64,000 nucleotides of DNA from an uncultured Alphaproteobacteria bacterium (GTDB lineage Bacteria > Pseudomonadota > Alphaproteobacteria > HIMB59 > GCA-002718135). The notes beneath the pieces are model-generated. The model searched no databases and was not told where the DNA came from. It was given only the letters and a program-made list of their open reading frames with translations. The position numbers and the translations under genes are program-made. Shown in pieces: positions 12,194 to 24,801 of this stretch. The stretch covers positions 70,010 to 134,009 of the forward strand of contig CABZFN010000001.1 in assembly GCA_902525035.1 (NCBI GenBank), in the 5' to 3' direction. The stretch's first letter is position 1. Every line of letters begins with the position of its first letter.

Positions 12194-13182
12194 TAGAAAG
12201 CTTCATCAAAACTTAGAGCTCTGTCTGTAGGTCTTTGATATTCAGATACTCTTTTTTCAAAAAAGTTTGTAACATTTTGAACATCCAAAGCTCTCATAAA
12301 GTCAAAAGGATTCTCTGTGTTAAACACCCTGTCAAATTCAAATAAATCTGCAATTCTATCTGCAACAGCTTCAATATACTGACACATTAGATCTTCATTC
12401 ATACCAATTAAATCTACGGGTAAAGCATCTTTAACAAATTCTTTTTCAAATGCTACTGCTTCTCTAACAATTTCTTCAAATTGTGATTGAGGAACATCTG
12501 AAGGAATTAAAGATAAATCACTAATGTCCGAATCAGTCAATGTATTATTATTAAATTTGTCTCTTAAGGTTCTAAACATTAATGATGAGAAACTAAAGTG
12601 CATTCCTTCATCTCGAGCAATCCAATCGTTGGATAATGCTAAACCAGGAAGCAGACCCCTTTTTCTGAAATAATATATTGCACAGAAAGAACCTGCAAAA
12701 AATAAACCTTCAACTAATCCAAATCCTATTAACCTCGTAAGAAGGTTTTGACTGCCATTTAGCCACTTTGATACCCATTGTGCCTTATGGTTAATGCACG
12801 GCACGTTTTGTATTGCATCAAACAGCTTATCTTTTTCTTTCCCATCTTTAACGTAAGCTTCAATTTGTAGACCATACATTTCTGCATGAATTGACTCATT
12901 TAACATTTGAATTGAAATAAAGCATCTTGCTTCAGGTATTAATATTTCTTTATAGAATCTACTTGCCAAATTCTCATTGATCATTGCTTCAGAGTTTGCA
13001 AAATAAGCAAGTACATGCTTAATAAAATGTTTCTCACCATCGTTTAAAGTTTCTAGATCTCTTAGATCATCTTGCAATGATACTTCTTCAGTTGTCCAAA
13101 AGGCTTGAATATGTTGCTTATATCTATCCCAAATTTCTTGGTTTTTTATTGGAAATATTGATTTAACGCCTTTTGATATCAT
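12193..13182 (-). CDS. nrdB: Ribonucleotide reductase class Ia small subunit (beta, R2), eukaryote-like
   Basis: 329 aa with di-iron/tyrosyl radical motifs (NESIHAEMY, VEGLFFAGSF, SNDWIARDEGMH) and a C-terminal R1-binding tail ...SFDEAF. Confidence 0.93.
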   Translation of the reverse strand: MISKGVKSIFPIKNQEIWDRYKQHIQAFWTTEEVSLQDDLRDLETLNDGEKHFIKHVLAYFANSEAMINENLASRFYKEILIPEARCFISIQMLNESIHAEMYGLQIEAYVKDGKEKDKLFDAIQNVPCINHKAQWVSKWLNGSQNLLTRLIGFGLVEGLFFAGSFCAIYYFRKRGLLPGLALSNDWIARDEGMHFSFSSLMFRTLRDKFNNNTLTDSDISDLSLIPSDVPQSQFEEIVREAVAFEKEFVKDALPVDLIGMNEDLMCQYIEAVADRIADLFEFDRVFNTENPFDFMRALDVQNVTNFFEKRVSEYQRPTDRALSFDEAF

Positions 13183-13197
13183 TCTATTACTCCTTCT

Positions 13198-15951
13198 TTA
13201 TGCACTACAAGTTTCGCAGTCTTCTGGTTCATTGTTTTGTTTTATTGTCGTGTTGATGTAAGCATCTTTTGCTGCTTTTTCAGATGAAACTGTAACTTTT
13301 ACAGCATCAACAGCTGATCTACTTCTTAGATAATACATTCCAGTTTTAAGCCCTTTTTTCCATGCATACATATGCATTGAGTTAACTTTTCCAAATGTAG
13401 GTGTTGAAAGCCAAAGATTCATTGATTGGGTTTGATCAATAAATGGTGCTCTGTCAGCAGACATATCTATGACAGTTTTCTGGGATACTTCCCAAACTGT
13501 TTTATAAATTTCTTTTAGTTCAGTCGGAATTTCATTTATGTTTTCAACGGATCCATTTTCTAAAATTATTTTATCTCTCATATCCTTATTCCACATCCCC
13601 CTCTGAGAGAGTTCATTCACTAAGTATCTATTAACAAGAAGAAACTCACCTGAAAGTGTTTGTCTTTTATATATATTAGATGTTTGTATTTGAAATGTTT
13701 CAGTATTACCTAATATAATACCTGTTGACGCAGTTGGCATACAGGCTGTGGTTAAAGAGTTTCTTACACCGTGCTCTTTAATTCTAGTTCTAAGTGTATC
13801 CCAGTCCCATTTTGATGATGGATTAACATTCCATAGATCAAATTGAAACTTACCTTCAGAAATGGGTGAATTTTTAAATGTTTCGTAAGCTCCTTTTTCT
13901 TTTGCTAACTCGCATGAAGCTTCTAAAGCACCAAAGTAAATTGTTTCAAAAATTAATTTGTTTATCTCTTTAGCCTGGTCAGATTCATAAGCTATCCCCA
14001 TCTTGAAGTAGACATCTGCGAGACCCTGTATTCCTAAACCGATTGGTCTATGTTTATTATTAGATCTTTCAGTTTTATCAGTTGGATAAAAATTAATATC
14101 TATTACTTCATCTAGGTTTTTTGTAGCTAATTTTGCAGTCGCATAAAGAGCATCGTAGTCATATATTAATTTTTTATCAGATTTTTTAACAAACTTTGGT
14201 AAAGCTATTGATGCTAAATTACATACGGATGTTTCATTTTTATCTGAATATTCAACTATCTCTGCACATAAGTTAGATGATTTAATGACACCAATGTTTT
14301 TTTGGTTAGATTTATTATTAATCGAGTCTTTATAGAGCATATATGGTTGTCCTGTTTCTATCTGCGCTTCTATGATCTTAGACATTAAATCTCTTGCTTT
14401 AATTTTTTCTAAATGTTTCATTTCACTTTCATACTTTGTGTAAAGTTTTTCAAACTCGTCACCATACACATTTGAAAGACCTGGACACACATGTTCGCTC
14501 ATAAGTGTCCATTCTTCATCATTTTCTACTCTTTTCATGAATAAATCTGGTATCCATAAAGCATAAAATAAATCTCTAGCTCTAAATTCTTCAGCACCTG
14601 TATTTTTTCTGAGTTCCAGAAATTTTTCAATATCTGCGTGCCAAGGCTCTAAATAAACAGCAAAAGAACCTTTTCTTTTCCCTCCACCTTGATCCACAGA
14701 TTTAGCAGTCTCATTAAAAATTTTAAGAAATGGAATAAGACCATTAGATTTTCCATTTGTTGATTTTATTCTACTTCCACTTCCTCTAATATTATGAGCA
14801 TGCATTCCAATACCACCAGCTGTTTTAGATATTAGAGCACAATCTTTTATCGTATTAAAAATACCTTCGATAGAATCATCTTCCATACCTATTAAAAAGC
14901 AGGATGATAATTGTTGCATTTTTAATCCACTATTAAACAATGTTGGTGTAGCATGTGTGTACATACCACTTGATAAACTTTTATAAGTTTCTTTTATTTT
15001 ATCTAAATCAAATTCATTACCTGTAACTGTTAAAGTTACTCTCATCCATAAGTCCTGAGGTCTTTCAATTGTTTTATTATCAAATTTTAATAAATAAGCT
15101 CTGATTAGTGTTGTGAGAGCAAAATAATCAAAAGTATAATCTTTGTCATAATCAATAACGGACTCTATTAAATCTGCATTTTCCATGACTTTTTTATAAT
15201 AGTCTTCTCTTAACAACCCGTCATCGTATAAATTTTTTGTTGTTATTATGAATCCAGGAGTCTCTTTATGTAATGAATTGACTTTTATTCTTGCTGCAAG
15301 ATAAGAATAATCAGGATGTTCTACTGTTAAAGCAGCAGCAGTTTCTGCAAGATAAGTATCAATTTCAACAGAACTAATATCATTATATAAGCCTGGTACA
15401 GCTTTTTGAACAACAACTATTGGATCAATATTTAGGCCGGTAGATAGAACAGAAACTCTGTTGGTAATTTTATCTAGTGAAATTGCTTCTTTGCTTCCAT
15501 CTCTTTTAGTTACCATCATCGATGATGCTTTTTCACCAACTTCTTCTTTTAGTTTTTTGGTATGATATCTCGATGCAGCTCTTTGTTCTCTATATAAAAC
15601 ATATGCTCTAGCCACCTTATGGTGTTCATCTCTCATAAGAGCTAATTCCACCTGATCTTGTATATCTTCAATGTGAATCATGTCGCCGTCTGCAATTCTT
15701 CTTGTTAGAGCTGAGACAACTTTATGGGTTAAAGCTTCAACAGTTTTATGAATTCCATCTTGTTGTTCTTTTTCTTTATTTTTATCATTTCTAATTTTTG
15801 TTTGTGCTAGGAATGCTTTTTTAATAGCGTTTGATATTTTGTCTGATTTAAAGGGAGTAATAGCTCCGTCACGACGCACAACTGTTAATGTTAAAATATT
15901 TACACTTTTTTCTTCTGATATATTTGATGATACCTGTAGGTTGTCTGCCAT
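13198..15951 (-). CDS. nrdA: Ribonucleotide reductase class Ia large subunit (alpha, R1) with two N-terminal ATP-cone-like regions
   Basis: 917 aa. The catalytic core is present (SSCFL, NLCAEI, LGIQG) together with a C-terminal redox Cys pair (CETCSA). There are two VxxRDG-type ATP-cone starts (VVRRDGAITPF and VTKRDGSKEAISLDKI). Confidence 0.97.
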   Translation of the reverse strand: MADNLQVSSNISEEKSVNILTLTVVRRDGAITPFKSDKISNAIKKAFLAQTKIRNDKNKEKEQQDGIHKTVEALTHKVVSALTRRIADGDMIHIEDIQDQVELALMRDEHHKVARAYVLYREQRAASRYHTKKLKEEVGEKASSMMVTKRDGSKEAISLDKITNRVSVLSTGLNIDPIVVVQKAVPGLYNDISSVEIDTYLAETAAALTVEHPDYSYLAARIKVNSLHKETPGFIITTKNLYDDGLLREDYYKKVMENADLIESVIDYDKDYTFDYFALTTLIRAYLLKFDNKTIERPQDLWMRVTLTVTGNEFDLDKIKETYKSLSSGMYTHATPTLFNSGLKMQQLSSCFLIGMEDDSIEGIFNTIKDCALISKTAGGIGMHAHNIRGSGSRIKSTNGKSNGLIPFLKIFNETAKSVDQGGGKRKGSFAVYLEPWHADIEKFLELRKNTGAEEFRARDLFYALWIPDLFMKRVENDEEWTLMSEHVCPGLSNVYGDEFEKLYTKYESEMKHLEKIKARDLMSKIIEAQIETGQPYMLYKDSINNKSNQKNIGVIKSSNLCAEIVEYSDKNETSVCNLASIALPKFVKKSDKKLIYDYDALYATAKLATKNLDEVIDINFYPTDKTERSNNKHRPIGLGIQGLADVYFKMGIAYESDQAKEINKLIFETIYFGALEASCELAKEKGAYETFKNSPISEGKFQFDLWNVNPSSKWDWDTLRTRIKEHGVRNSLTTACMPTASTGIILGNTETFQIQTSNIYKRQTLSGEFLLVNRYLVNELSQRGMWNKDMRDKIILENGSVENINEIPTELKEIYKTVWEVSQKTVIDMSADRAPFIDQTQSMNLWLSTPTFGKVNSMHMYAWKKGLKTGMYYLRSRSAVDAVKVTVSSEKAAKDAYINTTIKQNNEPEDCETCSA

Positions 15952-16083
15952 TTAATTTCTATCCATATTTAAAAAATTATTGTCGAAAAACACAATATGT
16001 AGTGCCGCCGAAAAAGGACAATACAACATTTGCTCAATATCGCAATAAGAACAAAATAAGAACATAAATATTTTTTTTTTCAT
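15952..16083 (-). CDS. Candidate 43-codon upstream ORF/leader peptide abutting the nrdA start (speculative)
   Basis: The minus strand reads ATG(16083)...AAT TAA|ATG GCA (nrdA). Translation: MKKKIFMFLFCSYCDIEQMLYCPFSAALHIVFFDNNFLNMDRN. It is in frame with nrdA and separated from it by a single TAA. No homology recognised. Confidence 0.2.
   Translation of the reverse strand: MKKKIFMFLFCSYCDIEQMLYCPFSAALHIVFFDNNFLNMDRN
15990..16005 (-). promoter_or_regulatory. NrdR-box-like 16-bp palindrome upstream of nrdA
   Basis: The nrdA-sense strand reads gcactacatattgtgt. This matches the published NrdR box consensus acaCwAtATaTwGtgt at about 14/16 positions, ~40 nt upstream of the nrdA ATG. I found no convincing second box. 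Confidence 0.3.
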
Positions 16084-16230
16084 GTCAATCCCTTACTTAA
16101 TTTATATTTTCAGAAGCTAAACAAGTTATTGAAATATTTACATTTACTTATCAACTTAAGTCACATTTTATTAAATTAGTCATTTTTTCTTTGAACTTAA
16201 ATCTGCCATAAATTATTAATAAAAAGTAGT

Positions 16231-16915
16231 ATGCCTAACATAGCATTGGTTGATGACGAGCAGTCGATTCTTACCTCAGTATCTCTTTCCCTGGAAAGTG
16301 AAGGGTTTACAGTAGATACATTCCTTAACGGAGTTGAGGCTTTGGATGCTCTTGAAACTAAATCTTATGATCTGGGATTATTTGATATCAAAATGCCAAA
16401 AATGGATGGAAATGAACTTCTGTCAAAAGTACGTTCGAGCAAGATTGAAAAACTTAAAGATCTACCAATAATTTTTTTAACATCAAAAGATCATGAACAA
16501 GATGAAATTATTGGATTAAGAATGGGAGCCTCAGATTATATAAAAAAACCTTTTTCACAAAAACTATTAAATGAACGCGTAAGAACAGTATTAAGAATTC
16601 ACAAAAATAGAATGGGAGAACAAAAACATAATAACATCAAAAAACAAAATTTTATAAAAGGTGATTTGATACTAGATGAAAATAAACAATTATGTTTTTG
16701 GAAAGCCATTGAAATTGAGCTTACGGTAGCAGAGTTTAATTTAATTAAATCTCTTGCTCAATATCCAGGAGTAGTAAAAGATAGAAATCAATTAATGGAT
16801 GCTATGTACGGTGACTCCATATATGTTGATGATAGGACTATAGATAGTCATATAAAAAGATTAAGAAAAAAATTCAGATCCTATGATAATTCTTTTGACC
16901 AAATAAGAACAAGAT

Positions 16916-16944
<29 letters not shown>
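16231..16944 (+). CDS. chvI: OmpR-family response regulator, ChvI-like
   Basis: 237 aa. The REC domain closely matches ChvI as I recall it (IALVDDE.SILTSVS..LE.EG..V.....G..AL......DL..FDIKMPKMDG.ELL...PIIFLTSKD.E.DE..GL.MGA.DYI.KPFSQ.LL.ERV). It has a winged-helix C-terminus, and the synteny chvI-chvG...ahcY matches other alphaproteobacteria. Confidence 0.75.
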
Positions 16945-19938
<2,994 letters not shown>

Positions 19939-19948
19939 GGGGTATAAT

Positions 19949-21118
19949 ATGAAAAGATCTTATTTATTTACTAGCGAGTCAGTCTCTGAAGGACATCCTG
20001 ATAAAGTTTGTGACAGAATTTCTGATATGGTTGTAGACACATATATGGCGTCTGGAGATCCACAAACACGCGTAGCGTGTGAGACTTTGACTACTACTAA
20101 TAAAGTAGTTCTAGCAGGAGAAGTAAGGGGCCCATCAGTTACTAAAGATGAGATTATATCTCAAGTTAGAGATTGTATTAAAGATATTGGTTATGAACAA
20201 GACGGCTTTCATTGGCAGAATTGTGATGTTGAAAGTTTTCTCCATGAGCAATCGGCTGATATTGCTATGGGTGTTGATTCTGGTAGCAATAAAGATGAGG
20301 GAGCAGGTGATCAAGGTATCATGTTTGGTTTTGCCTGCAAAGACACAGAATCATTAATGCCAGCGCCAATACATTATTCTCATCAAATTTTATATAAAAT
20401 GGCACAAGCTCGCAAAGACGGATCTGCATCTGGCCTAGAACCTGATTCGAAAAGCCAAGTTACAATGCTTTATGAAAATGGAAAACCAAGTAAAGTTACA
20501 TCTTTAGTTATTTCTTCACAACACAAAGAAGGTTTATCTCCTGAGGAAGTAAAAGAAATTGTTCAACCTTTTGTATATGAGTGTATACCTAATAACTTAT
20601 TAGAAGGTCTTAAAGATGAAGAATTCTATGTTAATCCCACAGGAAACTTTGTAATTGGAGGTCCTGATGGTGACTCTGGTCTGACAGGTAGAAAAATAAT
20701 TGTTGATACATATGGTGGTGCAGCACCTCATGGTGGAGGGGCATTCTCTGGTAAGGATCCATCGAAAGTTGATAGATCTGCAGCATATGCAGCTAGATAC
20801 TTAGCAAAAAATATTGTTGCAGCTGATCTTGCAGATGAATGTACTATACAGTTATCTTATGCAATAGGAGTCTCAAGACCTTTATCAGTATATGTAAATA
20901 CTAATGAAACAAATAAAGTTGATGAACAAAAGATTGAAAAATCTGTACAAGATTTATTTGATCTAAGTCCAAGAGGAATAAGAGAACATTTAAAACTAAC
21001 AAATGCAATTTATGTTCCAACCTCTGCTTATGGCCATTTTGGAAGAGAGCCAAGTGACAAGGGACATTTTACTTGGGAAAAAACTGATTTAGTTGAAGTT
21101 TTAAAAGGCATTGCATAA
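19949..21118 (+). CDS. metK: S-adenosylmethionine synthetase
   Basis: 389 aa with [19 protein letters not shown] and GGGAFSGKD motifs. Confidence 0.97.
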   Translation: MKRSYLFTSESVSEGHPDKVCDRISDMVVDTYMASGDPQTRVACETLTTTNKVVLAGEVRGPSVTKDEIISQVRDCIKDIGYEQDGFHWQNCDVESFLHEQSADIAMGVDSGSNKDEGAGDQGIMFGFACKDTESLMPAPIHYSHQILYKMAQARKDGSASGLEPDSKSQVTMLYENGKPSKVTSLVISSQHKEGLSPEEVKEIVQPFVYECIPNNLLEGLKDEEFYVNPTGNFVIGGPDGDSGLTGRKIIVDTYGGAAPHGGGAFSGKDPSKVDRSAAYAARYLAKNIVAADLADECTIQLSYAIGVSRPLSVYVNTNETNKVDEQKIEKSVQDLFDLSPRGIREHLKLTNAIYVPTSAYGHFGREPSDKGHFTWEKTDLVEVLKGIA

Positions 21119-21124
21119 CAAAAT

Positions 21125-21571
21125 TTGCACAAATTAAGTAATCAAATTTTAGATCTTCGTGAAATCGAAAAATTAGCAACAAATTTATGTAAAGATATAT
21201 CTGTTGGAGATATTTGCTTATTTCAAGGGGAACTAGGGGCTGGCAAAACAACATTTGTTAGATTATTGATTAATAATCTTTATTTATTAAATAATTTACC
21301 CAAACCAGCTTCAATTTCTAGCCCAACATTTCCTATTTTAATAACGTACGATTTAAGTCCATTACAAATATATCATTATGACCTTTATAGAATTAAAAAT
21401 TTAAAAGAATTAGAGGAATTAGATTTTTTTGAAAATCTAAATAATAATATTACATTTATTGAATGGCCTGAAATGTTAATTAGTTTACCATTAAATAAAA
21501 AACATTATTTAATAAATTTAGAAATGATTTCTGAAACTAAAAGAAAAATTAATATTAGTTTTAATCAATAG
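21125..21571 (+). CDS. tsaE: tRNA t6A37 biosynthesis ATPase TsaE (YjeE)
   Basis: 148 aa with P-loop GELGAGKTTFVR and the conserved SPTF...HYDLYR segment. TTG start. Confidence 0.8.
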   Translation: MHKLSNQILDLREIEKLATNLCKDISVGDICLFQGELGAGKTTFVRLLINNLYLLNNLPKPASISSPTFPILITYDLSPLQIYHYDLYRIKNLKELEELDFFENLNNNITFIEWPEMLISLPLNKKHYLINLEMISETKRKINISFNQ

Positions 21572-21575
21572 TTTT

Positions 21576-22493
21576 ATGAATTCTAATCATAACGATTTAG
21601 AAAAAATTGAGGATGGGTTATCTAAAAAACTAATTTATAGAAAAACAGAAAAAAATATAAATAAAATAATAATCGATTTTTCTAAAGATAAACAAGAGTT
21701 TAAAAATTTTCTTAATGTTTATGAAGTATTATTAAAAGTTAACATATCGATTCCTAAGATATATGAAGTTAATCAACAACAATATAAAATATACATGCAA
21801 GATTTTGGAAATGATAGATTTAATAAAATATATAATAAAGATAATCTTTACAAACTTTTAAAACTAGCTGTAGAAAATATAATCGTTATTCAAAATGAAT
21901 CACATTTAAATAATTTAAAAAATTTAAAAGAATACACCTTTGATGATTTAAAAATTGAACTTCAAGAGTTTGTTACTTATTATATTCCTAACAACAAAAA
22001 TTTAAATTTTCCAACTTCAAAATTTTATGAACTATGGGAAAGTATGTTTTATTCTCAAAATTATAATATGAAAAATTTTGCTCATAAAGACTTTGAATTT
22101 GTTAATTTATTTTTTCTTGAAAATTATGTATCACATTTACAATGTGGAATTATTGATTTTCAAAGTGCTTTTATTGGGTTTATAGGATGGGACCTTCTAT
22201 CATTATTAGAAAATCCAAGAATTGATTTTACAAGAGATTACAATGATAAATTAATTGAATATTTTTATGATAACACGCCAATTATTGAAAATCTCAATAC
22301 TTTTCAGGAACAATATTATGTTTTAAGTTTAGCTCGACAGACTCGATTACTTGGTAGATGGAGAAAATTACTTAGCACAAATAATGATAATAAATACTTA
22401 GATTATTTAAAAATAACTAAATCTAGAACAATAGCGACATTGAATAATATGAAAAATGATGAACTAAGATCAATTTATGAAAAGTTTTTATAA
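21576..22493 (+). CDS. Aminoglycoside-phosphotransferase-fold kinase, AmgK-like (anomeric MurNAc/GlcNAc kinase candidate)
   Basis: 305 aa with an APH-type catalytic loop (HKDFEFVNLFF) and an IIDFQSA motif. It occupies the conserved alphaproteobacterial position tsaE-kinase-nucleotidyltransferase. Confidence 0.55.
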   Translation: MNSNHNDLEKIEDGLSKKLIYRKTEKNINKIIIDFSKDKQEFKNFLNVYEVLLKVNISIPKIYEVNQQQYKIYMQDFGNDRFNKIYNKDNLYKLLKLAVENIIVIQNESHLNNLKNLKEYTFDDLKIELQEFVTYYIPNNKNLNFPTSKFYELWESMFYSQNYNMKNFAHKDFEFVNLFFLENYVSHLQCGIIDFQSAFIGFIGWDLLSLLENPRIDFTRDYNDKLIEYFYDNTPIIENLNTFQEQYYVLSLARQTRLLGRWRKLLSTNNDNKYLDYLKITKSRTIATLNNMKNDELRSIYEKFL

Positions 22494-22496
22494 TTT

Positions 22497-23177
22497 ATGA
22501 AGAGTTTTACATTAATAATTCTATGTGCAGGCTTTGGATCAAGAATGCTAAATTTGACAAGTAATACCCCAAAGCCTTTATTAAAATATAAAAATAAAAT
22601 ATTATTAAAGAACACAATCGATTTCTTTACTAATATTGGATGTGATGAAATCTTAATTAATACACATTATTTACATAATAAAATTAAAAAGTATTTGGAT
22701 AAAAATTTTAAAGATTATCCTATTCAAATAATCTATGAAAAATCGATACTTGGTACAGGTGGAGGAGTAAAAAATATTTTCAAACATACAAATAGAAAAA
22801 AAATATGTGTTGTTAATTCTGATATTTTTTGGACTAAAAAAAATAAACCATATATCAAATATTTTCTTAACAATTATCAAGATGTTTCTCACTGTAAAAT
22901 ATTGTTGTCTAAAGATATTAATTTTTTAGGTTTAAAAAAAGAAAATGGAGACTTTAATTTAAAAAGAAATGTAGTCACAAATTGGAAAAGTAAAAATGAG
23001 AAATTATATTATTCTGGCCTTCAAATTGTATCTAAAAATATCTTTAATAATAGAAAAAAAATATTCACCATGAATGAAATTTGGACAAAACTAATAAAAA
23101 AAAAACAAATCAAAGGTTATGTAATTCCTTCTAAAATTAGACATATTGGGGATAAAAAATCAATTTTAGAAAATTAG
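22497..23177 (+). CDS. Sugar-1-phosphate nucleotidyltransferase, MurU-like
   Basis: 226 aa with the N-terminal NTP-transferase motif ILCAGFGSRM...PKPLL. Adjacent to the AmgK-like kinase. Confidence 0.55.
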   Translation: MKSFTLIILCAGFGSRMLNLTSNTPKPLLKYKNKILLKNTIDFFTNIGCDEILINTHYLHNKIKKYLDKNFKDYPIQIIYEKSILGTGGGVKNIFKHTNRKKICVVNSDIFWTKKNKPYIKYFLNNYQDVSHCKILLSKDINFLGLKKENGDFNLKRNVVTNWKSKNEKLYYSGLQIVSKNIFNNRKKIFTMNEIWTKLIKKKQIKGYVIPSKIRHIGDKKSILEN

Positions 23178-23223
23178 ATTTAATTTAGCTTGATAATATA
23201 TAAATATTTCTTACATATTAATA

Positions 23224-23544
23224 ATGTCTACTCATGTTACAAATGATCAAAATTTTGATAAAGACATCTCTACTAATGATATACCAGTGGTAGTTGATTT
23301 TGGAGCAGAATGGTGCGGTCCATGTAAAGCACTTGACCCAATTTTAGAAGAAATTGCTGTTGAGAATAAAGATAAAGTTAAAATTTATAAGATGAACATT
23401 GATGAGAACCCTATGACACCACAAAAATATGGTATTAGGGGTATTCCTACAATAATGATTTTTAAAAAAGGTGAGTTAATCGATACTAAGGTTGGAAGTC
23501 TTCCTAAAACAGCATTAGAAACCTGGATACAATCCAATTTATAA
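23224..23544 (+). CDS. trxA: Thioredoxin
   Basis: 106 aa with the WCGPCK active site and the GIRGIPT segment. Confidence 0.93.
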   Translation: MSTHVTNDQNFDKDISTNDIPVVVDFGAEWCGPCKALDPILEEIAVENKDKVKIYKMNIDENPMTPQKYGIRGIPTIMIFKKGELIDTKVGSLPKTALETWIQSNL

Positions 23545-24798
23545 AAGTTTTTCTCTAATTTTTCCTATCAAATATAATGAGCCAGTAACTAGATATATTT
23601 TTTGTTGATTAGATCTAAAATATTTTAAAGCATCATTTATGTTATTTATTTGTTCACATTTAATAGAATGAAAATCGCAAATTTCATTTATTTGTTTAGT
23701 TTTAAATGCATTTTTTTCATCTGGGATTTTTATAGCTAAAACTTTGGATACTCTTTTTTTTATTTTGTTCAAAAATAAACTTGCTTTCTTATTATTCAGC
23801 ATTCCAAACAAGACCATAGGTTTTATTCTTTTAGTTTTTAAAAATTCATTTAGTTTATCAGCTCCATCAATGTTATGTGAGCCATCAAGAATTATTTTTT
23901 TATTTTTATAATTAATAATTTCCAATCTACCTGGCCATACCGTTTTTTTTATAGCTGCATTAATTTCTTTTGTATTTAATTTATAACCCATCTTTTTCAT
24001 GATTCTCGCAAAATATATAGATATTGATGCATTTTCTTCCTGATGTTTTCCATTCAATGAAGGTTGAGTATAGAGAAATTTTTTTCCATCTACTTTCATT
24101 TCAAACTTATTTTTTAATGATTTTGTTACTTGAAATTCTTTCCCATAAAAATATTTATTTTCAAACTTATTTAATTTTTTTTGAATGTAATCTTTTAACT
24201 CTTTTTTTTGTTTACCAACTAAAACAAAATCACAATTCTTAACTATACCCAATTTTTCATTAGCAATTTTCTTAAGAGTTTTTCCTAGAAATTCTTCATG
24301 ATCAAAACTAATAGGCGTTAAAATACTACATATCTTTTTTGGTATTATATTAGTAGCATCTAATCTGCCTCCTAATCCTGTCTCTAAAATAAGAAAGTCA
24401 GATCTTGATTGTTTAAACAATATGAAGGCAGCAGCTGTTGTTATTTCAAAGAAAGTAATTGGTTTATTATTATTTATTTTTTTTACAAATATAAGAGTTT
24501 CGTATAATTTCTTTGTATTTACTTCTCTATTATTTAGAATTATTCTTTCATTAAACCTAGATAAATGAGGTGAGATATATGCATCACATTTATACCCATT
24601 CTTCAACAAAATGTTTCTTATAAAACTTTGTACTGAGCCTTTTCCATTTGTTCCTGCGATGTGTATAGTTTTTGGAAGATGATCTTGAGGATTACCTAAT
24701 TTTTTTAATAATAATTTTAATCTGTCTAATGAAAGATCAATATATTTTGGGTGAAGTTTTACAAGTTCATCTAATAACTTTTCTGTTTTAGATTTCAC
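23539..24798 (-). CDS. folC: Bifunctional folylpolyglutamate synthase / dihydrofolate synthase
   Basis: 419 aa, Mur-ligase family, with P-loop HIAGTNGKGSV. Lies in the conserved folC-accD-trpA-trpB neighbourhood. Confidence 0.85.
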   Translation of the reverse strand: MKSKTEKLLDELVKLHPKYIDLSLDRLKLLLKKLGNPQDHLPKTIHIAGTNGKGSVQSFIRNILLKNGYKCDAYISPHLSRFNERIILNNREVNTKKLYETLIFVKKINNNKPITFFEITTAAAFILFKQSRSDFLILETGLGGRLDATNIIPKKICSILTPISFDHEEFLGKTLKKIANEKLGIVKNCDFVLVGKQKKELKDYIQKKLNKFENKYFYGKEFQVTKSLKNKFEMKVDGKKFLYTQPSLNGKHQEENASISIYFARIMKKMGYKLNTKEINAAIKKTVWPGRLEIINYKNKKIILDGSHNIDGADKLNEFLKTKRIKPMVLFGMLNNKKASLFLNKIKKRVSKVLAIKIPDEKNAFKTKQINEICDFHSIKCEQINNINDALKYFRSNQQKIYLVTGSLYLIGKIREKLL

Positions 24799-24801
24799 TT
24801 A

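Noticed and set aside
16018-16033. Possible second NrdR box (acaatacaacatttgc) upstream of nrdA.
   Set aside because: It matches the consensus at only about 9/16 positions, and the spacing to the first box (~28 bp centre to centre) is off the usual ~31-32 bp.
19939-19948. Looked for SAM riboswitches (SAM-II/SAM-V types known from marine alphaproteobacteria) upstream of ahcY and metK.
   Set aside because: ahcY overlaps the chvG stop, and metK is only 10 nt downstream of ahcY. There is no room for a riboswitch aptamer.
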